A stretch of DNA of 52,541 bases, from IMG/VR virus record IMGVR_UViG_3300049793_000050, positions 1 through 52,541 of that record. The stretch is one strand, 5' to 3'. Positions 37,354-46,175 of the stretch are shown here, one piece after another. The stretch is from a virus. Taxonomy: Duplodnaviria; Caudoviricetes. A program made the position numbers and the translations under genes. Numbering within the stretch: the first letter of the stretch is position 1; each line of letters starts with the position of its first letter. Under the pieces are notes generated by a model. It made no database searches. It saw nothing but the letters and a program-made list of their open reading frames with translations, and was not told where the DNA came from.

Positions 37354-37544
37354 TGCATCCCCAGTTGTTAATGAGAGTTATCCAGCATTCTTTCCATTCA
37401 GCCAGATCGGCGGCATCCTTCTCGATCTGGGCTCTCTTTGCGGCGCTTATAATGCGCTCGCGATCAGCAACAACACGCCGACACCGATCACCACGATTGC
37501 CTGATGGCGATCAGACCAAGCACTGCCGGCGAAAAGTAGAAAGT

Positions 37545-37832
37545 TCATATGGCGCCCGCTTTGGTAAGTGCGGCTCGGATGACGGAAGAAAGCGACACCA
37601 TAGGCACGCTTTCTGCTGCCGAATCGGTGAAATCTATGATCGGCTGGCTTTTCACTGAGCCACGATTAAGTCCGGCTAAGGTCAGTTTCAGCGCAGCGAC
37701 CAGATCGTCATACGCATTGCACTTGCGCTCCAATTCGCGAGCATGTTGCGCCATCTCATTAAACGACTTTTCGCAATATCGGTACTCACCAAGCAAGTCG
37801 TTTTCTAGCGCGTCTGTTTGTGGTGTTGCCAT
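37545..37832 (-). CDS. Hypothetical protein
   Basis: TPQTDA, HARELER, RAALTKA; GGAG SD. Confidence 0.65.
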   Translation of the reverse strand: MATPQTDALENDLLGEYRYCEKSFNEMAQHARELERKCNAYDDLVAALKLTLAGLNRGSVKSQPIIDFTDSAAESVPMVSLSSVIRAALTKAGAI

Positions 37833-37951
37833 GATCTTCTCCGTCGAATTAGGTTTGGAGTCCCGCCTCAGAACTTCGCCAGCGCGGGATACTGGGCCGA
37901 TTTATCCAACACGGCAGTGGAGCCTCGCGTAAGGCCAACCGTGATTACTCC

Positions 37952-38401
37952 CTATAAGTGCAGCCAGTATTTTTTGCGCTTGATGTCGCTGATCTGCATT
38001 CGAGAAACCCCGTAATCGGTAGCGATCTCCCTTAGCACTCTGAAATCTGATCGAATCGCTAGAACTTGCGCTTCGGTAAGCTTGCAGCTACCGTTGTCGG
38101 TCCCTTTTGCATAAAGACCTCGATCAACGGCGTCTTGCGAGTTCTCGGCGCACGTTCCAGCCAAAAGGCGGTCAGGATTGACACAAAGCTTGTTATCACA
38201 TTTATGGCGCACGACCAATCCGACTGGGATTTGCCCAACATATAACCCATACGCAACGCGGTGAGCGCCAACCATTTTCCCATCGCGCCGGATCTGACCG
38301 TACCCGCCGCAATTTGTAGATGCCGACCAAATCCAGCACCCAGGAGTGACGCGAAACTTCGCTTCGAACCGCTGTTTAAATGGCTTGTTTGTCATTTTCA
38401 T
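37952..38401 (-). CDS. HNH homing endonuclease with C-terminal HTH
   Basis: CWIW, GYG, AHRV, VRHKCDN..CVNP, EN..D. Confidence 0.9.
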   Translation of the reverse strand: MKMTNKPFKQRFEAKFRVTPGCWIWSASTNCGGYGQIRRDGKMVGAHRVAYGLYVGQIPVGLVVRHKCDNKLCVNPDRLLAGTCAENSQDAVDRGLYAKGTDNGSCKLTEAQVLAIRSDFRVLREIATDYGVSRMQISDIKRKKYWLHL

Positions 38402-38629
38402 CTCCGCATGTCTAGCTGTTGGTGGCTCTGGCCTATCTCAATCCTGCGAATTAGTGCCGTCTTTCCGGCTGTCTCTTGGTTTTACGGTCAAAGCCCCAAG
38501 TGGGCTTTTGGTATCGCACCGCTTTCGCGCACCGCCCGCTAACTACGACCGACTCACACCGAGCTTCAAGTTGTTTTTTTCTTGCGCCTCGCATTTCGTC
38601 TGGCTCCGACTGGTTTATTTGATTTGATT

Positions 38630-38908
38630 TCAATTCTTCCGCGCCTGCAGCAATCCCTGCAGCACGCTCACTGTCTCTGGTGTAGCTGTCGCAATCAGCA
38701 GTGCTTCGCAGCGTCGGTCAGCGGCGCGGCGCAGAGGCAGGCCGCCCATGAGGCGCTTGACGAATAACGCCAGCCGTGCGTCTTCCTTGCGAGCTTCCTC
38801 GGCCTTGAATTCGACTTCGCGCGCAGCTTCCATCGCCGCGCGCGCCATCTGTTCGCGCTCCGTTGCGTAGAGGCTGACTACTACGCCGTCTGTGACTCGT
38901 GCTCCCAT
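38630..38908 (-). CDS. Hypothetical early protein
   Basis: ORF with GGAG SD. Confidence 0.55.
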   Translation of the reverse strand: MGARVTDGVVVSLYATEREQMARAAMEAAREVEFKAEEARKEDARLALFVKRLMGGLPLRRAADRRCEALLIATATPETVSVLQGLLQARKN

Positions 38909-38948
38909 TTTTTTCTCCAAGTTGTGATCAAGTGAAAAAGACGATTTG

Positions 38949-39068
38949 TTACTTGCTGAACGTCACCAATGCCGCGCTCCGCAATTCGCTCGTCAGGTCG
39001 CTGCCGATGATCCATGCAGCACCCAGCGTCAAGCCGATGATTACGACCGCAAAAATGAACTCCTTCAT
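38949..39068 (-). CDS. 39-aa hydrophobic peptide (not in ORF track)
   Basis: AAGGA SD; MKEFIFAVVIIGLTLGAAWIIGSDLTSELRSAALVTFSK. Confidence 0.5.
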   Translation of the reverse strand: MKEFIFAVVIIGLTLGAAWIIGSDLTSELRSAALVTFSK

Positions 39069-39077
39069 GGCGATTCC

Positions 39078-39254
39078 TTAAGCGAAAACTTGGTGTTTCA
39101 GAACCGGCTCGTCGCACTCAACTGTGCGGGCTGCATCAACCAAGTCCCATCCGAGGGCGCGCCGAATTTCCTGCATCGATGGCAGCGGGCGATGGCCTAA
39201 TTGCCGCTGCTGCATGAATTCGCGGGCTTTTTCTTTCGTGACGTTGGTTTGCAT
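39078..39254 (-). CDS. First gene of the PL operon, small hypothetical protein
   Basis: AAGGAG SD; PLPSMQEIRRALGW. Confidence 0.7.
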   Translation of the reverse strand: MQTNVTKEKAREFMQQRQLGHRPLPSMQEIRRALGWDLVDAARTVECDEPVLKHQVFA

Positions 39255-39294
39255 AGCTGGCTCCTTGGTGGGGTGCGCTGAACGGTATGAATTT

Positions 39295-39334
39295 ACTATA
39301 GCAGCGCTACATTTAAAAAGCAATAGCAATGCTT
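39295..39334 (-). promoter_or_regulatory. PL-like promoter with two operator palindromes
   Basis: TTGCTT-N17-TATAGT on minus strand; TAGCAGCGCTA 39299 and TAGCAATGCTT 39324. Confidence 0.75.
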
Positions 39335-39374
39335 GATATAATGTGAAAATAATTTCAGGCGCCAAATTCGAGGC

Positions 39375-39400
39375 GAAAAAATACCCCGGCTAGCGGGGCA
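39375..39400 (-). terminator. Terminator of the immunity-region transcript
   Basis: GCCCCG-CTAGC-CGGGGT-ATTTTTT on minus strand. Confidence 0.7.
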
Positions 39401-39428
39401 TCGTTTCTATGTGGAGGGTGACTGCGGT

Positions 39429-39809
39429 TTAATTGCCTCTGACAAACCCTTTAAAGGAGACTACAGCTTCGTAGATATTGGGGTTGCATCCGAACATGTT
39501 GTCACAAGACGGCTTGATTAGAATTTGCGCCGATCCGTCGCCGCGCGGGAGTCTGGAAACGGAGTAAGCAAGTTCAACCTTATGACCGAACGGCCCATAG
39601 GTTTGAATGACAGCATCGCTCACCGTTTGGATTTTGTACCCACTATGCATAGACACCCAAACCTGCGCGCGCTGCCAGTAAGTATTGCATTCGGCGTTGT
39701 CAATGCAGATGAGCGGTCTTTCTGCGTCATACCTTGTGCTTGGGTTTATGGGTGTGGCGCACCCTGCAAGGAGGCCCAATAGCGTCGCTGTCATGGCAAT
39801 TTTCTTCAT
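39429..39809 (-). CDS. Lipoprotein in the immunity region
   Basis: Lipobox LAGC; paralog of 12449..12826. Confidence 0.8.
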   Translation of the reverse strand: MKKIAMTATLLGLLAGCATPINPSTRYDAERPLICIDNAECNTYWQRAQVWVSMHSGYKIQTVSDAVIQTYGPFGHKVELAYSVSRLPRGDGSAQILIKPSCDNMFGCNPNIYEAVVSFKGFVRGN

Positions 39810-39900
39810 TATATTTTTCTCCTGCTTGGCATGGCGGTATGTCGATGCGCCGAAACCAACTCTCTCATACCATTCGCATATTGGCTTTGCGTTTTATCAA

Positions 39901-40170
39901 CTAGCCTTTATCGCACTCTGCCGGCATGCTGACTTCGATACATATTCGCCCCGGCTCATTGCGGCTGAGAAGCTCCCGAACGAGGTCGGCGGTCGATACC
40001 CGGCTCAAACTTCCGGGCGAATCGAAGCTGGCACTAAGGCGCGCCACGATTTCGCTATTCATCGACTGGTTGCCGCTCATCGAGCGCTTGTTCTCATCCA
40101 CCACCTGTTGCAGCAGTTGTTTTAGTTTGTCTGGTACGCGCAGGGCGACTGGATTTATATCTCTTAGCAT
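39901..40170 (-). CDS. Arc-family ribbon-helix-helix regulator
   Basis: LRVPDKLK and SMNSEIVARL. Confidence 0.75.
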   Translation of the reverse strand: MLRDINPVALRVPDKLKQLLQQVVDENKRSMSGNQSMNSEIVARLSASFDSPGSLSRVSTADLVRELLSRNEPGRICIEVSMPAECDKG

Positions 40171-40442
40171 GGACACAAGTGTATCCACGCCATAATTTTC
40201 CAGTTAGTAACACTGTGGTGCTATTTATAGCCCGCAAGGTTGAGATATAGGAATAGAATAAATTTCCTGCTGTTGCGCCCGCCCAATAAATTTGGCGTAG
40301 GATTAAATGCCTGCGCAAAACAATGTATGGGCGTACAGTATAAGCTGGGCCAAGGGGCGAATTGTTGCAAATGTTGCAGGTTGCTTCCAACAGCGAAGAC
40401 AGGTGTATTTTTGCGATTCGTTATTCATTTTAGGCCGCGATA

Positions 40443-40715
40443 ATGAACATTGATTTAGACAAACTGCGCGCACTCTTTCTGATGCTGGACGACCAGCGTC
40501 AGCAGGACGTTGCATTGATGTTGATGGCGCTCTCGGTAGCGTTCCCGCGCACCGAGCCGGTCAAGCTAAGCCTTGTTCCGCGCCTTGATGGCCGATTTCG
40601 GGAGCCCGGCAGCGACCACAAGCAGCGTTTTCCTACTATCTGCCTTGGTGGCGCGGTAGAGGCTGAGCAACTCGGCTTCGTCGTCAGTGATCCATTGCAT
40701 GCGATACGGAGGTAG
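40443..40715 (+). CDS. Small ORF convergent on CI, candidate antirepressor
   Basis: LRALFLMLDDQRQQDV helix; SOS-like box upstream; 3' overlap with cI. Confidence 0.4.
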   Translation: MNIDLDKLRALFLMLDDQRQQDVALMLMALSVAFPRTEPVKLSLVPRLDGRFREPGSDHKQRFPTICLGGAVEAEQLGFVVSDPLHAIRR

Positions 40716-41021
40716 TGGCTTTAATTGGGGCTGCGCTTCTATATTGCCGGCCGCCAGCATCTTCGCCGCAGGGCTTGTTTGCGCCATCGCGCCAGCCGCC
40801 TCTGCGGCTAATCTCGGGCTGATTTCTTCCAGTCCACATCCGAACGCCTTCGCGTACACAAGCGCAGCATCTAGGCTGATAGGGCGCAATCCATTTATAT
40901 GCTGATAGATGATTGACTGACCGCCTTTTAAGGCGTGGTCGCGCGCAAACGCGGCCCGATTGACGCCGCGAAAGCGTGCCGCCAGTTGTGCCGCCTCTTG
41001 TTCCATTATTAAATTCTCCAT
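40566..41021 (-). CDS. CI-like repressor (HTH, no S24 peptidase domain)
   Basis: RAAFAR..GGQSIIYQHING..ISLDAA..EISPRLA; divergent from cro; true start may be 41006. Confidence 0.85.
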   Translation of the reverse strand: MENLIMEQEAAQLAARFRGVNRAAFARDHALKGGQSIIYQHINGLRPISLDAALVYAKAFGCGLEEISPRLAAEAAGAMAQTSPAAKMLAAGNIEAQPQLKPLPPYRMQWITDDEAELLSLYRATKADSRKTLLVVAAGLPKSAIKARNKA

Positions 41022-41023
41022 TA

Positions 41024-41085
41024 AGCAATGCTATATAAATAAATATATAGCTTGGCTTGCTTTTTTGCTGTAGCAATGCTATTGT
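41024..41085 (+). promoter_or_regulatory. OR operators and PR-like promoter
   Basis: AGCAATGCT 41024, TAGCTTGGCTT 41048, TAGCAATGCTA 41071; TTGCTT-N17-TATTGT. Confidence 0.75.
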
Positions 41086-41091
41086 CTATGC

Positions 41092-41376
41092 ATGCCTACT
41101 AAATCCAACGAAGCAATCGCGCGTGCATGCGCCTATGTCGACGGGCAAGCCAAGCTTGCCGAGCGCCTGCATGTTTCCCCATCCGCCGTCAACCAATGGG
41201 TCAACGGCACGCGTCCAATTCCTGCAATCCATTGCCCAGAAATCGAGAAACTTTGCGACGGGACGGTTTGCTGCGAAGAATTGAACGACAAGGTTGATTG
41301 GGCGTATGTCCGCTCTACCAAATATCCATCAAACAAAAAGAAGGCCCGCGCACAGGATCCTAACGCAAGGGGATGA
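41092..41376 (+). CDS. Cro-like regulator (YdaS family)
   Basis: GQAKLA..VSPSAVNQW..IE..V..EEL..VDW. Confidence 0.88.
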   Translation: MPTKSNEAIARACAYVDGQAKLAERLHVSPSAVNQWVNGTRPIPAIHCPEIEKLCDGTVCCEELNDKVDWAYVRSTKYPSNKKKARAQDPNARG

Positions 41377-41518
41377 ACGTCGGTTGGCAGGACTGATTTT
41401 TAGCACGAGTTTTCATACAAAAAATTTTAATTCAAAACAGACCTTCAACGATGCTCATTTCGCATGAAGGCCACAGAAGCACAACGCAATAGGGTGGATT
41501 GCTGATACGGAGCATCTC

Positions 41519-41926
41519 ATGAACACACTTGACCTGCGCATCAAACGACCGTTGAAACTGCTCACTGAAAACGATTGGGCGGCCTGGACTTCCGAATCGA
41601 AAGTCATTGCCGACATGCTCAAGATGAGTGGGCTGCAAGACAAGACGGTCGCGATCGAAATCGGGATCGACAGCGCCACGCTCTCCAAAGCACAGACCGG
41701 CCAAGCTCGGCTATCCGAAGCGCACATGGACGCGCTGATGGACGCCTGTGGCTCCGAGGCATGGCTTCAGTATTGGAACCTGAAGCGCGGCTATGACCCG
41801 CGCGTCCTGCGTCGCATCGAGACTGCTCTGGAATTAGAAAACCGGCAACTGCGCGAGCGCCTTGAGAAGCTTGAGTCTGACCGCGAAGTCGAGTTGGCTC
41901 TATTCGCCAGGATAAAGACAGCATGA
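41519..41926 (+). CDS. CII-like HTH regulator
   Basis: KTVAIEIGIDSATLSK; position after cro. Confidence 0.65.
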   Translation: MNTLDLRIKRPLKLLTENDWAAWTSESKVIADMLKMSGLQDKTVAIEIGIDSATLSKAQTGQARLSEAHMDALMDACGSEAWLQYWNLKRGYDPRVLRRIETALELENRQLRERLEKLESDREVELALFARIKTA

Positions 41927-42123
41927 CCAACCTAAAAATTCAAAGCGAAGCCGATACCCGCAACGAAGCCTTGGAAGAGGCTGCGACGACATGCGAGCTA
42001 CTGACGACAACTGGATCCAGCGTTGAATGGGGCATAGGCACGATGGACTGCGCACGAGCAATCCGCGCACTGAAAACAGCACCGGTTACACAGATCGTTG
42101 TTCGCAACTGCACCGTTCATTGA
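41923..42123 (+). CDS. Hypothetical protein
   Basis: RNEALEEAA..CARAIRALK. Confidence 0.65.
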   Translation: MTNLKIQSEADTRNEALEEAATTCELLTTTGSSVEWGIGTMDCARAIRALKTAPVTQIVVRNCTVH

Positions 42124-42132
42124 GAGGCCTGT

Positions 42133-42336
42133 ATGTGGACCGTTGAATACGTAAGGGCGCGCGACCAGCGCTACTACCAAAAGAACAAAGAGGCCATCAT
42201 GGCGCGCCGTGCAGCCAAGGCAGCAATCAAAGCGGCGATGGCACCAGAAAAGGCATCCGTCTCCGTTGTCAACGGTTGGCCTGCGCTCAAGACGCCAAGC
42301 CTCAACAAGATCGCGTTGCAGAAGGAGCCTGCATGA
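42133..42336 (+). CDS. Hypothetical basic protein
   Basis: GAGG SD; coupled to the next ORF. Confidence 0.55.
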   Translation: MWTVEYVRARDQRYYQKNKEAIMARRAAKAAIKAAMAPEKASVSVVNGWPALKTPSLNKIALQKEPA

Positions 42337-42545
42337 GCGCCGAAACCGAAACGCACAGCCCCGAGCAGCGCCCGGAATCGGTCGGCGTCTACCGGCGCAC
42401 TTGGAATGAATACGAGCGCTTCTCGTATTGGAATGGAATATTTTGGGGAGTGCTCGTCAACACGGCTGAGCGTGCCATCGAGTACCAGCATCAAAAAAGC
42501 AGCGAGCAGAACCTGCCTTGGTCTGAGTTGGGAGTGGCGGTATGA
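42333..42545 (+). CDS. Hypothetical protein
   Basis: ATGA overlap, GGAG SD. Confidence 0.5.
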   Translation: MSAETETHSPEQRPESVGVYRRTWNEYERFSYWNGIFWGVLVNTAERAIEYQHQKSSEQNLPWSELGVAV

Positions 42546-42593
42546 CTAAATCGCGCATCCGATTCATAAAATTTATTTAATTGGGAGCTATGA

Positions 42594-43343
42594 ATGCGAG
42601 TAGATAACGAAATTTTGAACGTCTTGAGCAACGCTGAAACAAATGGCGCGGTGTTGAAATTAGTCGGCCAGCTTGATCGTGCGCTGTACGCCCGCACGAA
42701 CAAGGTGCTCGAAGCCGCGGGAGGTAAGTGGAACCGCAAGGTAGGCGGGCACACATTCGACGCCGACGCAGCCGACGCGATGGATCAAATCATCTTGACC
42801 GGCGAGGTCGCAAGCATTAAGACAAAGGCGCAGCAATATGGATATTTCCCAACGCCAGCAACCATAGCGGCGCGAGTGATCGAACTGGCTCAAATCAAAC
42901 CAGGAATGCGGGCATTGGAGCCAAGCGCCGGCAAGGGCGCGCTGGCATACCAGGCGGCGGATGCTGGTGCGCTGGTCGATTGCTATGAGCTCATGGATGT
43001 TAATTTTGCCGCTATTGCCGGCGACGTACGACTGGGCGCTATCCGTAATATGGATTTTCTTGCGCAGGCGCCGGAAGCATCATATGACCGCGTGGTGATG
43101 AATCCGCCATTTGATAAGCAGGCTGATATCCGCCATGTGCTGCACGCGCTCAAGTTCCTCAAGCCTGGTGGCCTGTTAGTGTCGGTGATGGCGTCCGGCG
43201 TCACGTTCCGCGACAACAAGCTGACGACGGAATTCCGCGACCTGATCCGTGCGCGCGGCGGCGAGATTGAGGCCCTCCCAGAGGGATCGTTTAAATCCTC
43301 TGGGACGATGGTCAATACAGTCATCGTAACAATTCCTAATTAA
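42594..43343 (+). CDS. Amino-methyltransferase, probably DNA N6-adenine
   Basis: FPTP, LEPSAGKG, MNPPF, F..SGT. Confidence 0.85.
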   Translation: MRVDNEILNVLSNAETNGAVLKLVGQLDRALYARTNKVLEAAGGKWNRKVGGHTFDADAADAMDQIILTGEVASIKTKAQQYGYFPTPATIAARVIELAQIKPGMRALEPSAGKGALAYQAADAGALVDCYELMDVNFAAIAGDVRLGAIRNMDFLAQAPEASYDRVVMNPPFDKQADIRHVLHALKFLKPGGLLVSVMASGVTFRDNKLTTEFRDLIRARGGEIEALPEGSFKSSGTMVNTVIVTIPN

Positions 43344-43425
43344 AGCCGCATGAGCGCATTCGTCATCAACAGCAACGAGTCCCTGCAGCGCGTATTAGGC
43401 GACTTGCGCGAGATGGGGCGTAATC

Positions 43426-43887
43426 ATGGCTGAAATTGTCCTTATGCGCACACCACACGGCGCGCTGATACCGGCTGATCAGCAATCAATGGACGCGATC
43501 GCGAAGCTGAAAGCAGGCGTCGGAATTCGTGCGAGTTTCAAGAAAGAAAACAACCTTCAATTTCACCGTAAATTGTTCGCGCTGGTCAACCTTGGTTTTG
43601 ATTCATGGGAGCCTGCCGACGTGAAATACAAGGGGTCGAAGATTGAAAAGAATTTCGACCAATTCCGCGACGATATTACGATTCTTGCGGGATTTTATAC
43701 AACGTCCGTGCGGCTCAATGGTGATATCAAATTCACAGCTAAGAGCTGGAGCTTTGCGTCAATGGAGCAGGATCATCGCGAGGAACTTTATAGCGCCGTC
43801 ATCAATGTAATTCTGTCGCGCATTCTCACGAAGTACACCCGCGAAGACTTGGATGCCGTGGTCGATCAAGTATTGAGGTTTGCATGA
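43426..43887 (+). CDS. DUF1367-like protein
   Basis: N.QFHRKLFAL, FDQFR..I.AGFY, S.SFASM. Confidence 0.8.
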   Translation: MAEIVLMRTPHGALIPADQQSMDAIAKLKAGVGIRASFKKENNLQFHRKLFALVNLGFDSWEPADVKYKGSKIEKNFDQFRDDITILAGFYTTSVRLNGDIKFTAKSWSFASMEQDHREELYSAVINVILSRILTKYTREDLDAVVDQVLRFA

Positions 43888-44066
43888 AATCACACGACAC
43901 AAAGACGCATAAGAAGTTTTCTGTTGGCGATACTTTTGGAAGGTTGACGATCGAGTCGCATGGCGTAAAGGCTAACTGCAAATGCCAGTGTGGAAATTCT
44001 GTTGTTGTCGTGTCGGCAGTCTTTTCTTTCTCGCGGGTAGCGTTCTCTCACTCGTGGCGGCGCTGA
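43884..44066 (+). pseudogene. Truncated HNH/AP2-type endonuclease N-terminus
   Basis: GDTFGRLTI..CKCQCGN, then no nuclease domain. Confidence 0.45.
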
Positions 44067-44067
44067 A

Positions 44068-44427
44068 ATGAAGCAGCTTGCCCTGATCTGCGACACGTTG
44101 TATTTGCGTCCATGGCAATCGACCATGGATGACCCGCTGCAGCAAGTGCGCTCCATTGCGTATCGGGCGCGCAACGGCATGGGGGGTAATCGAGCGGTAC
44201 GCGACACAGAAAATGAGCTGCTCAAGCTCTATGAAGGAAAAAAATTAACAAGCAAAGAAATCAATGCCTTGAACGAAAAATTCAATCTCACCTATTTGCT
44301 CGGCCTATACGTTGGCGGGGGATATAACCCGAAACACACACAAGAGAAATTCGAGTTGTTGCGATCAGAAATACAGTTGCTTATCAAGCGCGTCGTTCTG
44401 GATCTGCTGACGGATGTGCCGGCATGA
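44068..44427 (+). CDS. Hypothetical protein
   Basis: Coupled ORF. Confidence 0.6.
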   Translation: MKQLALICDTLYLRPWQSTMDDPLQQVRSIAYRARNGMGGNRAVRDTENELLKLYEGKKLTSKEINALNEKFNLTYLLGLYVGGGYNPKHTQEKFELLRSEIQLLIKRVVLDLLTDVPA

Positions 44428-45020
44428 AGCGCACCGCCAAGCCTCGCACCTGCAAGAACAAAGCCTGTGCCGACAAGTTTGTGCCGACAAGACCACTACA
44501 AAACGCTTGCTCGATCGGTTGCGCCATCATCATCGGTCGCGACAAGATAAGGGCTGATGCAGCCAAGGTTGCCAAGCTGGAGCGCCAGAACGACAAGGTG
44601 CGCAGGGAGGCGCTTAAGGATATTCCGGAGCTAAAAGCAGAGGCGCAAGAGGCGACCAATGACTTGGTGCGCTACCGCGATCGCAACAAGACATGTATTT
44701 GCTGCGGCGGCATGCCAAAGACCTCTGGCGCCCTGACTGGTGGCGCTTGGGATGCATGCCACTACAGGAGCCGCGGGAGTGCCGACCACTTGCGCTACAA
44801 CCTGGACAACATCCATCGCGGTCTGAAGGATTGCAACAAGTACGGCCATACCGATTATCGCGGCGGGCTGATCGCGCGCATCGGCATTGCGCGCGTCGAG
44901 GCGCTGGAATGCGATCAAACGGTTGTGAAATGGACTGCCGACATGCTGCGCGAGATCCGTGATAGTCGCCGCGCGCAGTTGAGGGCATTGAAGGCGAACG
45001 AATTTATGGAAGCAGCATGA
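44424..45020 (+). CDS. ninG: NinG/Rap-like recombination endonuclease
   Basis: CSIGC, RYRD..CICCG, WDACHYRSRG, NIH..CN, Y..GLI.RIG. Confidence 0.88.
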   Translation: MKRTAKPRTCKNKACADKFVPTRPLQNACSIGCAIIIGRDKIRADAAKVAKLERQNDKVRREALKDIPELKAEAQEATNDLVRYRDRNKTCICCGGMPKTSGALTGGAWDACHYRSRGSADHLRYNLDNIHRGLKDCNKYGHTDYRGGLIARIGIARVEALECDQTVVKWTADMLREIRDSRRAQLRALKANEFMEAA

Positions 45021-45072
45021 GCGACGTGGCCATGCTTGCGGTACTGAAAAATAAAGAATTAAAAGCGGGGGA

Positions 45073-45363
45073 GTGATGCGGGACTACTGGATAGACCATA
45101 ACGGTAAGCAGTGGATTGTTCCGCAGATTAAGGGGCGCCTGAAATTTCGCATTCCTTCACATGCAGCGCTGAAAGAATTCGTGCTGCATCGCGCCGGGTA
45201 TAAATGCGAGCAGTGCGGCTTCGATAATCTCTTGAAATTGATTGCCGATCACATCATTTCCCGTCGCAATGGCGGACAACATCATCCAGACAATATGCAG
45301 TGTCTGTGCGAATCATGCAACGCGCGTAAGGTTGGGTTGGTCGATGCGAGGCTTGGAAAGTGA
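45073..45363 (+). CDS. Small HNH endonuclease
   Basis: CEQCG, DHII, N.Q.LC..CN. Confidence 0.85.
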   Translation: MMRDYWIDHNGKQWIVPQIKGRLKFRIPSHAALKEFVLHRAGYKCEQCGFDNLLKLIADHIISRRNGGQHHPDNMQCLCESCNARKVGLVDARLGK

Positions 45364-46175
45364 ATTACTACTCCTACCACATCGGCGATTTCAATAACGC
45401 TACACGGCACCTGACCCGTATCGAACGCAGCATCTATCGCGACATGCTTGACCTGTATTACGACACCGAGCAACCGCTTGTCATAGATCGCGTTGCTTTG
45501 TGCCGGAAACTGCTTGCACGCACAGAGGAAGAATCAACAGCTGTTGAACAGGTGTTGAACGAGTTCTTCACGAAAACTGAACAAGGTTGGTATCACAGCC
45601 GGTGCGAAGAGGGCATCGAAGAGTACCGCAAGAATATTAGCGGGAAATCTGCGGCTGGCAAGGCAAGCGCAGCAAAGAGAGAGGCTGAAAGACTAGCAAA
45701 ACTCAACGAGCGTTCAACAGGCGTTCAACATCCGTTGAGCAAATGTGCAACGGATGAGCAACTAACCATTCCCCAAGAACCACTCCCCATTCCCCAAGAA
45801 CCAGTTTTAAAACCTTCCGCGAAAAATCGCGGTGAGGAATATCCGCCTGAATTCGAGGAAGCATGGGCAGCCTATCCGAAGCGCCCAGGTGCCAGCAAAG
45901 CCGATTCATTGAAGGCTTGGTCTGCGCGCATCAAGTCCGGCGCCACTGCCGCCGATATTCTGGCGGGCGTGATTCGCTATGCCGCTTACGTGATCGTCAA
46001 ACAAACAGAGCCGGAATTTGTGAAGCAGCCAGCGACGTTCTTCGGCCCAGGCGATCACTTCAAGGCCGATTGGACGATTATGCAGCCGCGCGGGTCGCCC
46101 ACAAAAGAATCCAGGCACAGCGGCTTTGACAAAATAGACTACTCGGAGGGGATAGAAAATGGACGAATCACTTAA
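45360..46175 (+). CDS. Replication initiator (YdaU/DUF1376 N-terminus)
   Basis: YY..HIGDF..T.HL, FEEAW.AYPKR, KQPATF. Confidence 0.88.
   Translation: MNYYSYHIGDFNNATRHLTRIERSIYRDMLDLYYDTEQPLVIDRVALCRKLLARTEEESTAVEQVLNEFFTKTEQGWYHSRCEEGIEEYRKNISGKSAAGKASAAKREAERLAKLNERSTGVQHPLSKCATDEQLTIPQEPLPIPQEPVLKPSAKNRGEEYPPEFEEAWAAYPKRPGASKADSLKAWSARIKSGATAADILAGVIRYAAYVIVKQTEPEFVKQPATFFGPGDHFKADWTIMQPRGSPTKESRHSGFDKIDYSEGIENGRIT
45534..45803. repeat. Putative replication origin iterons inside the initiator gene
   Basis: TCAAC-N4-GTT(G/C)A repeats at 45534 and 45703-45738; CCATTCCCCAAGAACCA at 45766 and 45787. Confidence 0.6.
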
